A stretch of DNA of 64,000 nucleotides from an uncultured bacterium (lineage in GTDB: Bacteria; Patescibacteriota; JABMPQ01; CAVVCK01). The notes under the pieces are model-generated. The model did not search any database, was not told where the DNA came from, and saw only the letters and a program-made list of their open reading frames with translations. The position numbers and the translations under genes were made by a program. The stretch lies in the NCBI GenBank assembly GCA_963746775.1, contig CAVVCK010000002.1, positions 75,571 to 139,570 on the forward strand, read 5' to 3'. Below are positions 28,081 to 36,676 of the stretch, piece by piece (position 1 is the stretch's first letter; every line of letters starts with the position of its first letter).

Positions 28081-30591
28081 TTAATTTATTTTTTCTTTTT
28101 GTACTGCAAAAGATAAGTATTTTACTAAAAACTTCTTTGGATTATGAATTGCCCAATTAATTTTTTCAAAATATTTCTTAATAAACTTCTTCGGATTGTG
28201 CACCGCCCAATTTAATTTCCCCAAAAAAGTATTATTTAATTTATTAAAAGCTTCTAGGGTTTTATTCTGATTTGCTATTAAGTCATCTTTACTCTTTATT
28301 TTATTCTCTTTCCATTCTATTTGTTTATCTTTATCTATAATATTATCTATAATATTTAATTGAAGATTACGTATTTGAATAATCAATTGTTTTTTTGAGG
28401 CATGTCTTTCATCACTAACAAAATTAATGCTCGATTTATTATTTCTGTATGCATTATTTGTTAAAGCTTTAATCTTAAAATTATTTTTCCATAATACATA
28501 AACTAAACTTAATTGGTCTCTATATGAATAATTTTTAATCCAATACCACCAATCACTCATAATTTTTATTATTTTTTTGTTGTTATGTTTTCTGTATACA
28601 ATATTAGTTTCAAAAAAAGTTCCAAAGCTTCCAGAAAAACCAGAATTTTTAATAATTGATTTTTGTTTTTCAATAGTTTTAATATTATCTTTTTTTAAAA
28701 ATTCACAAGCATCAAATTCATCATATATATTATGTCTTTCTGGATGAGGACCAATAGACATTAATTGTCTAGCAATATCGGCTCTCTTAATATCTTGAAA
28801 AATTCTATTATTTAATATATCAATATTAGCATCAACATATAAACTTTCATTATATTCTGGGAAAAGAATATGGGGATGTAATTTGTGCCAGCGGCTATTA
28901 CGCACATCATTTAATTTGTCAAATTTTAATGATCTAAATTTCCAAATAAATTTGTTTTTATCTTTGGGAATATTGTCTGTAAAACAAACATAATTCCAGT
29001 CATCATTAATATATTTGTGATTTATAATTTCATCATAATTACCCGTAACACAAGTATACACTACTTTAGTTTTTTTCTTTTTAATTTTCTGTATCCTGTG
29101 TTTAATTTTATTAGTGGATACAATTGTTAGTTCGTTTTTGCTATCAACTTTAAGACTGGGATAAACTAGTTTAAGTTTTTTGCTAATTTTACTATTATCT
29201 TCTATAAAATATATAAAATTTTTAGACAAGTGGGGTAATATACTTTTCATGGTATTTAAAATACTTTCATCAGAATGAAAACCATCATCAATAACAATAT
29301 CTATTTTATCTCCTTTAAGAATTTTTTCTAAATAATTTTTATTATCAACAGATTGATCAAATTCATAAAGTTCTGGTTGGTTTTTCAAAAAAGCACTAAG
29401 TTTTTTTAAATTTTTTATGTTGTTTTTGATATGATTCAAATCTTTATCAAGACAAATAATTCTTCCCTTTTCAAAAAGATCACACCAAACAGCCAGACCA
29501 CTTCCTTTCAAAATCCCTGTTTCCACAAAAACAGGTAGCTTTTTTGCCTTGATGATTGGCGAAAGATACTCCGCATACTTTTCTGCGTATCCATGATAAA
29601 GCATTCTATCTCCTCCTGTATTTATCTCTTCTCTTGTTCTTGTGTCAAAAGGAGAAACTTTGTTTCTTGGAACATTAGTAGCAATTCCTCCATACCTTAT
29701 TTCCTTTTCGATAAGCCATTTTTGTAAGTTTAACTGGTCTTTAGTCAACTTTTTTGGTAACTTTATCATTTCTCCAAATTCATAATCCCATTCAACTGGT
29801 TTAAAAGGATCTAATCCGGCACCTGGATAAAATGTCATTTCTCCAAAATAAGTTTTTCCTTTAGTTGAGTATAAATCTACTCTAACAAAAGGAAATTTTG
29901 ATGATAATTTTTTTGCAACAACTAACATTTCGTTTAAATTCGGTGGTTTTGGTATGTTAAAAGAATCATCCTTAGGATAAGCAAATTTTTCTATGTTTAA
30001 GTAATTCCAATTCAAGTCATAAAAATTTCTCCTATGGTTTGTAAATCTACCCACATCAACGCCAATGCATATAGGTTTTCCAGAAAAACAAAATATTTTA
30101 TAATCAAGAAGATTATCACCTAAATATTCTTCACAAATTATTTTTGGTTTAATGTTTTTGTAGCCCCATTCATATGAAAAATAATAATGATTAGAACTTG
30201 ATTTAATCCATTCTTTTAATTTATTTTTAACATCTTTTTCATTTAGCTTCAGTTTGTTTTTGCAAATAATATTTTGTCCACTACCATGATTTATCTTTAA
30301 AATAAATTTATTTGGTAGTTTATTAAAATTTATTTTATTCTCATTATTGTAAACACCTAATAGATTTGTTAAATATTTCTTTCCGATTATTTTTTTTACG
30401 TAATCTCTCACCTTATATTTATCAGCACATAATGTTAATAATGGATTTTTGTAATATAATTTTAGCCACTGCAATTTTTCATTAAAAGTTGTTGGGTTAT
30501 CTATATCTGGATTGTAACCAAAACTATTGATAAATTGTTTTTGAATATGTTCTTTAGTAAGAAATATATTATTGCTTATATTATTTTGCAT
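28081..30591 (-). CDS. 836-aa multidomain protein: TupA-like ATP-grasp domain, CmcI-like methyltransferase domain, DUF616-like putative glycosyltransferase domain, coiled coil, doubled C-terminal tail motif
   Basis: NPDIDNPTTFNEKLQWLKLYYKNPLLTLCADKYKVRDYV (TupA-like); VETGILKGSGLAVWCDLF...IDDGFHSD; KVVYTCVTGNYDEI...VCFTDN (DUF616-like); C-terminus GKLNWAVHNPKKFIKKYFEKINWAIHNPKKFLVKYL. Confidence 0.65.
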   Translation of the reverse strand: MQNNISNNIFLTKEHIQKQFINSFGYNPDIDNPTTFNEKLQWLKLYYKNPLLTLCADKYKVRDYVKKIIGKKYLTNLLGVYNNENKINFNKLPNKFILKINHGSGQNIICKNKLKLNEKDVKNKLKEWIKSSSNHYYFSYEWGYKNIKPKIICEEYLGDNLLDYKIFCFSGKPICIGVDVGRFTNHRRNFYDLNWNYLNIEKFAYPKDDSFNIPKPPNLNEMLVVAKKLSSKFPFVRVDLYSTKGKTYFGEMTFYPGAGLDPFKPVEWDYEFGEMIKLPKKLTKDQLNLQKWLIEKEIRYGGIATNVPRNKVSPFDTRTREEINTGGDRMLYHGYAEKYAEYLSPIIKAKKLPVFVETGILKGSGLAVWCDLFEKGRIICLDKDLNHIKNNIKNLKKLSAFLKNQPELYEFDQSVDNKNYLEKILKGDKIDIVIDDGFHSDESILNTMKSILPHLSKNFIYFIEDNSKISKKLKLVYPSLKVDSKNELTIVSTNKIKHRIQKIKKKKTKVVYTCVTGNYDEIINHKYINDDWNYVCFTDNIPKDKNKFIWKFRSLKFDKLNDVRNSRWHKLHPHILFPEYNESLYVDANIDILNNRIFQDIKRADIARQLMSIGPHPERHNIYDEFDACEFLKKDNIKTIEKQKSIIKNSGFSGSFGTFFETNIVYRKHNNKKIIKIMSDWWYWIKNYSYRDQLSLVYVLWKNNFKIKALTNNAYRNNKSSINFVSDERHASKKQLIIQIRNLQLNIIDNIIDKDKQIEWKENKIKSKDDLIANQNKTLEAFNKLNNTFLGKLNWAVHNPKKFIKKYFEKINWAIHNPKKFLVKYLSFAVQKEKIN

Positions 30592-31315
30592 TATTATTAT
30601 TCAAATATTCTTTTATAATTTCACTATTATTATCCCCAAAATCTTTAATAACCCCTTTCTCTAGCCATATAACCTTATTACAATATTTTTTTACCTGCTC
30701 TGAAGAATGAGAAACAAATATAATAGTTTTTCTTTCTTTTTTCATATTGTTAAATACCTTTTCACATTTCTTTTTAAAAACAAAATCTCCTACCGCTAAC
30801 ACTTCATCTAATAAATAGATGTCAGCTTCAGCATGAATAGCAATAGAAAAAGCTAATCTTACTTTCATACCCGAAGAAAAATTTTTTAATGGAACGTCTA
30901 GAAATTCTCTGATTTCAGCAAAATCAACTATTTCATTAAACCTATTATTTAATTCTTTTTTTGTAATATTTAATATTGTACCATTCAAAAATATGTTGTC
31001 TCTGGCTGACAAATTCTGATTGAAACCAACTCCTAATTCTAAAAAAGGTACTAGCGTTCCGTTTTTGATTATTTCTCCTTTGTCTTGTTCGTAAATTCCA
31101 GCAATAATTTTAAGCAAGGTAGACTTGCCGGAACCATTTTTACCAATCAATCCTAGCCAATCTCCCCTCTTTAAATCAAAGCTGATATTCTCCAGCGCTT
31201 TAAATTTCTTGTACTTAATTTTATTAACATTAAAAAAATAAGCTCTTAAACTATTTTGAGTTGGTATTCTAAATGATTTATAAACATTTTTAACCTCTAA
31301 AATATTGTTTTCCAT
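30581..31315 (-). CDS. ABC transporter ATP-binding protein, polysaccharide/teichoic-acid export type (Wzt/TagH-like)
   Basis: Walker A GLIGKNGSGKST, signature FSSGMKVRL, Walker B IYLLDEVLAVGD. Confidence 0.85.
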   Translation of the reverse strand: MENNILEVKNVYKSFRIPTQNSLRAYFFNVNKIKYKKFKALENISFDLKRGDWLGLIGKNGSGKSTLLKIIAGIYEQDKGEIIKNGTLVPFLELGVGFNQNLSARDNIFLNGTILNITKKELNNRFNEIVDFAEIREFLDVPLKNFSSGMKVRLAFSIAIHAEADIYLLDEVLAVGDFVFKKKCEKVFNNMKKERKTIIFVSHSSEQVKKYCNKVIWLEKGVIKDFGDNNSEIIKEYLNNNNAK

Positions 31316-32080
31316 TTAAAAAAATTCTGCTACTTTTTTAATTTTTTTCTTAAAGAAAAAATAACCAATTATGAAAGTAGTAATACTTATTAGTAATAAA
31401 ACTATCAAAAATTTTAAATCCGGAAGTTGATTTTCAATAATTATTTGCCTAACTTGATAAATAATGATAGTAGTTGGATTTAGAAACATTATGTATCTAT
31501 ATTTTTCTGGAATAATGGTTATGGGGAAAAAAACAGCGCTAGCATAAAAATTAAGCTGTAATAGCACTCCCCATATTTTTTGTAAATCTCGAAAACGTAC
31601 ATATAAAATACTTGCGATAAACGTAAAGCCAATTATAAAGATAGTTAAAATTATAATATAAATAGGCAGAAGAAGCCATAAATAAGTTATAGCTGTAGGC
31701 TTAAATATCCAAAAAGCGATAAATACAACAAAACTAAAAAGCATAGCTATAAAAGAATTTATGACTGAGGCTACTACTGCTATCTGCCTAGGAAAATTAA
31801 CTTTTAAAATAATATTTGCTTTATTTAAAATAGAACTAAGCCCAGCTGATGTGCCTTCATTAAAATATTCCACTATTAACAAGCCTAAAATTAATCGTAA
31901 AACAAAATATTCATCCCCTCTGGCAAATATAAAGCCGAAAATTAAGTATAAAACTAAAAAATGAAGCAAAGGCTGAAATAAAACCCAAATAAAACCTAAA
32001 ACGGAATCATTATACCTCATCTTAAAATCAGTCTTGATCATTTGCCACAATAAATCTTTATTGGCTCTAGTTATTTTCAT
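31316..32080 (-). CDS. ABC-2 type transporter permease (Wzm/TagG-like)
   Basis: 254 aa, six TM helices; directly upstream of the ATPase gene and overlapping it by 1 nt. Confidence 0.8.
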   Translation of the reverse strand: MKITRANKDLLWQMIKTDFKMRYNDSVLGFIWVLFQPLLHFLVLYLIFGFIFARGDEYFVLRLILGLLIVEYFNEGTSAGLSSILNKANIILKVNFPRQIAVVASVINSFIAMLFSFVVFIAFWIFKPTAITYLWLLLPIYIIILTIFIIGFTFIASILYVRFRDLQKIWGVLLQLNFYASAVFFPITIIPEKYRYIMFLNPTTIIIYQVRQIIIENQLPDLKFLIVLLLISITTFIIGYFFFKKKIKKVAEFF

Positions 32081-33098
32081 TATCTATTATATCTCTAGAA
32101 AAATTATTAAAGTAATTCTTTAAAATTATACGATTAATTATATATTTCTTTCTTATTTTGCATCTTTTGACTATCATCCTGGGTAAATTTATTATAATAC
32201 TATAACATATTTTGAATAATAACTTCAAAAATCCTAATATTCCTTCCCTTCTTTTAAATTCTTTTACCGATTTATATTGATTCTTCTTAAAAACTTGCCC
32301 TAAACTCAAATATAAGTCTCCGAATAGAAAAGTAATTAAATAATACAAGCTAAAATATTTTATGGCAATAAAATAAGCATTTCTTTTGGTATAAAAAGCT
32401 TTAAATGAAGAACCAAAACCGGCTGTTTTAGAGTGTAAATGAATTAATTGTGATTTTGAATTATAAATACACTTATATCCGGCCAACCTTGTTCTAATTC
32501 CAAAATCTAAATCCTCCGCATAACAAAAATAATCTTCGTCAAATAAGCCTATTTTTTCTATAGCTTCCCTCTTATATAAGGCAGATACTCCGGAGGGAGC
32601 AAATATTTCTATTTCTTTATTGAATTTATCACTATCTTCATTGTATCCAATAGATATTCCACCCTCTTTAGAGCCATGAATATTCTTTTCTAAACTTAAT
32701 CCTATTGTTTGCACCTGTCCATCTGAAAATAACGCCTTACTGCTTACCATGCCTATTTTTTTATCTTTTTTGGCAGTTTTAATTAACTCCTCCAGCCAAT
32801 TATTATTTACAATAGTATCATTATTAAGTAAAACAATGTATTCTATGTTTTTGTTTTTTAATGATTCTTTAATGCCATAATTATTACCTCTAGCATAGCC
32901 TGTATTTGTTTTTAAATTTATTATTTTGGTTTCTGGAAAATTTGATTTTACAAATTCAACCGAATTATCTTCCGAACCATTATCAACTAAAATAACATCA
33001 AAATTACTGCATGTTTGATTATATACAGCCTCAAGACAGTTTTTTAAATATTTCTGACCATTCCAATTGACTATTATAATAGAGGCTTTTTTAGACAT
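32067..33098 (-). CDS. GT2 glycosyltransferase (WbbL/rhamnosyltransferase-like)
   Basis: ASIIIVNWNGQKYLKNCLEAVYNQT...VILVDNGSEDNS. Confidence 0.75.
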   Translation of the reverse strand: MSKKASIIIVNWNGQKYLKNCLEAVYNQTCSNFDVILVDNGSEDNSVEFVKSNFPETKIINLKTNTGYARGNNYGIKESLKNKNIEYIVLLNNDTIVNNNWLEELIKTAKKDKKIGMVSSKALFSDGQVQTIGLSLEKNIHGSKEGGISIGYNEDSDKFNKEIEIFAPSGVSALYKREAIEKIGLFDEDYFCYAEDLDFGIRTRLAGYKCIYNSKSQLIHLHSKTAGFGSSFKAFYTKRNAYFIAIKYFSLYYLITFLFGDLYLSLGQVFKKNQYKSVKEFKRREGILGFLKLLFKICYSIIINLPRMIVKRCKIRKKYIINRIILKNYFNNFSRDIIDNENN

Positions 33099-33223
33099 GA
33101 TTTTATATTTTTCTTGTCCCTCTCAATTAGTTCTCCCTCTTTGCAAAAGAGGGAGCTAGAGGGAGATTTTTATGATTGACGCTGAGGGTATGTATATTAT
33201 TGTAATCTAATTATTTAGTTTCT

Positions 33224-33568
33224 CTATAGATAACCTCTAATACACCGTTCTATATTTTCTAAAACATCTAAATTATTAAATCTTAATACCTTTAAATTTA
33301 AGGTTCTTTTTAGGAAATATTCTCTTTCTTTGTCTTTAACTATATTTTCTTCTTCATAATGCTGGCTGCCATCTACTTCTATTACTAATCTTTTGGTAGG
33401 ACAGTAGAAATCTACTACATATCTATCTAAAGGTTTTTGTCTATAGAATTGGACATTATTGATTTGTTTTCTTCTAATTCTAGCCCATAGTATTATTTCA
33501 GCTTCAGTCATAGTTTTTCTTAGCTTTCTGGCTATAGGCTTTATATACGGCTGATAATATTTTCTCAT
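33224..33568 (-). CDS. DUF559 endonuclease-domain protein (Vsr/restriction-endonuclease-like fold)
   Basis: 114 aa: TEAEIILWARIRRKQINNVQFYRQKPLDRYVVDFYCPTKRLVIEVDGSQH, typical DUF559. Flanked by GC-rich hairpins in AT-rich intergenic DNA. Confidence 0.75.
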   Translation of the reverse strand: MRKYYQPYIKPIARKLRKTMTEAEIILWARIRRKQINNVQFYRQKPLDRYVVDFYCPTKRLVIEVDGSQHYEEENIVKDKEREYFLKRTLNLKVLRFNNLDVLENIERCIRGYL

Positions 33569-33699
33569 TTTATAGTATTGTTCATAAAAATCCCTCTCTA
33601 GCTCTCCCTTTTTTAAAAGGGAGAGGACTATATTTATTTTGTCAGACTATATTTGTAATTTATTTGCGTCTATATAGCTAATTATATGCCATTGCAAAT

Positions 33700-34842
33700 T
33701 TATAACATACAATAATCTAAATACTTCCCCGCTATTTTCTTCATGTTAAATTCTTTTATTAACTCTACATTATTTTCTCTAATTTTTCTATATAATCCCC
33801 TATTTTCTTTTAATTCTAAAATCAATTTAGCAATTTCTCTATAATCATCATTATTTTCAATATACAAAGCATTTTGCCTATCGATTAAAAATGATCTCGG
33901 TCCGCCTGATTTGGTTGATATAATTGGCAGGCCACAATATAGCGCTTCTTGAAAATTTATGCCAAATCCTTCATGTTCTGAAGTACTAATAAATACATCC
34001 GAACAATCCAAATATTGATATTTTTTTCTCTCTGAAACAAATCCTAAAAATTTAACCCTATTATCTAAATTATATTTTTTATTTAATTTTTCTAAGCTTT
34101 CTTTTTCCGGTCCATCGCCTATTATTAATAATTTTATATTTTTATCTTCTATATTACTTAGAGCTTTAATTATTCTATCTATTCTTTTTCTTCTTATTAA
34201 GCGGCCCAATGATATTAAATAAAAAATATTTTCACTCAGGTCTAAATTTTTCCTGGAAACTTTTTTAAACTCATAAGGTTTATATCCAATAGGAATAATT
34301 TTTATTTCTTTTTTTATTTTATAATATTTTATTGCCTTATTTTTTACATCCTGAGAGTGGGCAATTATTTTATTAGCCCTATTCAATAGAAATTTTATAA
34401 TATTTTTAAATAATAAATTTTTATGCGGTTTTATTTTATAATTAGGATTATATATATCTCCACCATGAATATCTAATATATTTTTTATTCTAAATATTTT
34501 AGATAATAAATAACCTACAGGCCCAGTTGGAATTACAAAGTGAGTATTAATAAATTCATATTTATTTTCTCTACATAATTTATACCCTTTTATCAAGGCA
34601 CTAATATTATAAGTAAACATAGATAAAAATGTAGCGCTATTTTTATCTTTTCTATTTAATACTTTTACTCTAAAAATATTAATACTATCTTTGCTTTCAT
34701 ATTTTAATAAATTTTTATACTTAGAAGTAATAATATCAATTTTATAATCTAATTTGATCCATTCATTAATTAAATCCTGAATTACTCTTCCTCCTCCCCC
34801 ACCTAAAGGTGGGTATTCATAATTTAAAACTAATATTCTCAT
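33700..34842 (-). CDS. GT4 glycosyltransferase
   Basis: MRILVLNYEYPPLGGGGGRVIQDL...; C-terminus EHEGFGINFQEALYCGLPIISTKSGG. Confidence 0.75.
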   Translation of the reverse strand: MRILVLNYEYPPLGGGGGRVIQDLINEWIKLDYKIDIITSKYKNLLKYESKDSINIFRVKVLNRKDKNSATFLSMFTYNISALIKGYKLCRENKYEFINTHFVIPTGPVGYLLSKIFRIKNILDIHGGDIYNPNYKIKPHKNLLFKNIIKFLLNRANKIIAHSQDVKNKAIKYYKIKKEIKIIPIGYKPYEFKKVSRKNLDLSENIFYLISLGRLIRRKRIDRIIKALSNIEDKNIKLLIIGDGPEKESLEKLNKKYNLDNRVKFLGFVSERKKYQYLDCSDVFISTSEHEGFGINFQEALYCGLPIISTKSGGPRSFLIDRQNALYIENNDDYREIAKLILELKENRGLYRKIRENNVELIKEFNMKKIAGKYLDYCML

Positions 34843-34952
34843 AAAAATATAATTTATTCTTCAAATATAAAATACCCCTTCAAAAAATATAAAGCAATTA
34901 AATAATTATACTTTCTAAAGGGGTATTAGGAGACTCGTGGAAACGAATCTCC

Positions 34953-36167
34953 CTATTCAAGGTAGGAGTTGTAGATATCATGAACCTCGTCCTCGGAGAG
35001 AGGGCGAGGGTAGAAAGAAATTTGAGATAGCTCACCGTTAAATGATGAGCCACCAGGATTACTGAGGGGGCACCAACCCTTTCCTATCCGAACAGGGCGG
35101 TCCGGAATGTCTATTTCTCCAGCAACATGATCCACCCTGTCCAATCTCCCGTTGACATATATTTGCACCCCTGTATTTGATCTTACCACTGTGTAGTAGT
35201 ATCTACCCACTCCACAGATGGAAGATCCCACCCATTCTTGAGAGATGCCGTCAACACTATACGTAAATATCAGACAATTCCCCCCCAAATTGTGGCGGAG
35301 TACTTCCCAACTGAAGTTCTCAGTTGAAAGACACGCCCTCCCACGACCGATAATGATTTCTGTATTTTCATTAATTTCTTCTCTGATTGTGACCCAGAAC
35401 GCCACGGAAAACTCCGTGACATCCACGAGATCCGGCCGATTCCCAGCCGATTCTTCGGTATAGACCTCGGAATAGGCCCCTCCCTCGAATGAGAGGGCTC
35501 CGTCCGAGGCCTCGGCCCCATAATTGTACGAATGGTTGTAGCCACTCGTAGAATATAATACTTCTCCATCATCCATAAGGGATGACGCTCCAATATAGCA
35601 GAACCCAAGGCCGTTCTCAACGACCTCGTCACAGTCGTTGTCGATGCCGTCGCATATTTCGAGCGCACCCGGATAGACGTAGGGGTCGCTGTCATCGCAG
35701 TCGCCGTCACAGACCATGTAGCCGTTGCCGTCGCTGTCGAGCTCTTCCTCGGGAATCCCGTCGCAGTCGTCGTCCACGCCATTGCAGATCTCCTCGGCAT
35801 CGGGGTTGATGGTCGGGTCGGTATCGTCGCAGTCTTCCGCAACGAGCACCCACCCGCCTTTCTCCCCGCAGGGGTCCTCCTCTGACAGGGCCGGATTCCC
35901 CCAGCCATCGCCGTCCGCATCGCGGTAGAAGGTGCAGAGCACCTCCTCGTCGCCATCGCCATCGCCATCGATGTCACCATCACCATCACCATCGATGTCA
36001 CCATCACCATCACCATCGATGTCACCATCACCATCACTATCGATGTCACCATCACCATCACTATCGCCGACATCATCGATCGGGCGCAGCACAATACCGC
36101 ACCCAGTTACAAACAAGCACGCCAATACCAAAATCAAACCCTTCATCTCTTCCTCCTCAGGAGCCAA
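34953..36167 (-). CDS. High-GC secreted lipoprotein, copy 1: lipobox, (GDGDID)n Asp/Gly tandem repeats, Cys-rich Myxococcales-type putative metal-binding repeats, C-terminal LamG/ConA-like domain
   Basis: Probable start at internal MKGLILVLACLFVTGC (lipobox VTGC). DSDGDGDIDGDGDGDID x5; CDDTDPTINPDAEEICNGVDDDCDG / CDDSDPYVYPGALEICDGIDNDCDE; C-terminal domain FSVAFWVT...YVNGRLD. Codon third positions overwhelmingly G/C, unlike the rest of the window. Confidence 0.7.
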   Translation of the reverse strand: MAPEEEEMKGLILVLACLFVTGCGIVLRPIDDVGDSDGDGDIDSDGDGDIDGDGDGDIDGDGDGDIDGDGDGDEEVLCTFYRDADGDGWGNPALSEEDPCGEKGGWVLVAEDCDDTDPTINPDAEEICNGVDDDCDGIPEEELDSDGNGYMVCDGDCDDSDPYVYPGALEICDGIDNDCDEVVENGLGFCYIGASSLMDDGEVLYSTSGYNHSYNYGAEASDGALSFEGGAYSEVYTEESAGNRPDLVDVTEFSVAFWVTIREEINENTEIIIGRGRACLSTENFSWEVLRHNLGGNCLIFTYSVDGISQEWVGSSICGVGRYYYTVVRSNTGVQIYVNGRLDRVDHVAGEIDIPDRPVRIGKGWCPLSNPGGSSFNGELSQISFYPRPLSEDEVHDIYNSYLE

Positions 36168-36384
36168 CCATTGGCCCCGTCATTATTTTCACCTATTTAA
36201 ATAAATTCTACATTTATCCACTTCTTAATATAAGTAATAATAAAAACAGGGCCAAAACAAGAATAGCAAGACTGATTTTTAAACACGTGGGTATATTCGA
36301 TTCTTGGGGTATATTGTCATCTTAATTTATTTCCTACCTAATTTAAAAAGAACTTACCAAAACACATAATTCCTTCTATGTCAA

Positions 36385-36413
36385 ATAATAGAGAAAATAC
36401 TCTAAAATGTCAA
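36385..36413 (-). promoter_or_regulatory. Sigma70-like promoter (TTGACA-17-TATTAT) for lipoprotein copy 1; an identical copy lies upstream of copy 2 near 38105-38135
   Basis: Minus-strand TTGACA at 36413-36408 and TATTAT at 36390-36385 with 17-nt spacer; about 230 nt upstream of the start codon. Confidence 0.4.
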
Positions 36414-36439
36414 GCTTTAGTGATATATATTTATTTTTT

Positions 36440-36560
36440 TAAAAAAGAGGTAATAATATCAATTTCATATCCTAACTTATCCCATTCATTAATTAAATCC
36501 TGAGTTACTCTTCCTCCTCCCCCACCTAAAGGTGGGTATTCATAATTTAATACTAATATC
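36440..36560 (-). pseudogene. Truncated duplicate of the first 40 codons of GT4 gene 33700..34842, left behind by the tandem duplication
   Basis: 36440-36600 is near-identical to 34720-34880 (MRILVLNYEYPPLGGGGGRVTQDLINEWDKLGYEIDIITS...), then breaks off. Confidence 0.55.
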
Positions 36561-36676
36561 CGCATAAAAAATATAATTTATTCTTCAAATATAAAATACC
36601 CCTTCAAAAAATATAAAGCAATTAAATAATTATACTTTCTAAAGGGGTATTAGGAGACTCGTGGAAACGAATCTCC

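Noticed and set aside
34953-35330. Diversity-generating retroelement (DGR) targeting the variable LamG/lectin-like cassette
   Set aside because: No reverse transcriptase or template repeat nearby. The differences between the two cassettes involve all four bases rather than adenine-specific substitutions. Gene conversion or ordinary divergence after duplication explains the pattern.
35940-36085. CRISPR-like array suggested by regular 24-bp repeats
   Set aside because: The repeats are directly tandem with no spacers, lie inside an open reading frame encoding GDGDID repeats, and no cas genes are present.
35270-36204. Long ORFs in alternative frames and on the opposite strand across the high-GC lipoprotein gene (for example 35270..36094 'MVMVTSMVMV…', 35582..35809, 35725..35928, 35932..36204), and their twins in copy 2 (37117..37803, 37309..37536, 37452..37655, 37659..38039)
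   Set aside because: These are artefacts of stop-codon-poor high-GC repetitive sequence. Their products are low-complexity (Ser/Pro/Arg/Met-Val repeats), they are entirely nested in the well-supported lipoprotein frame, and they have no start or RBS context.
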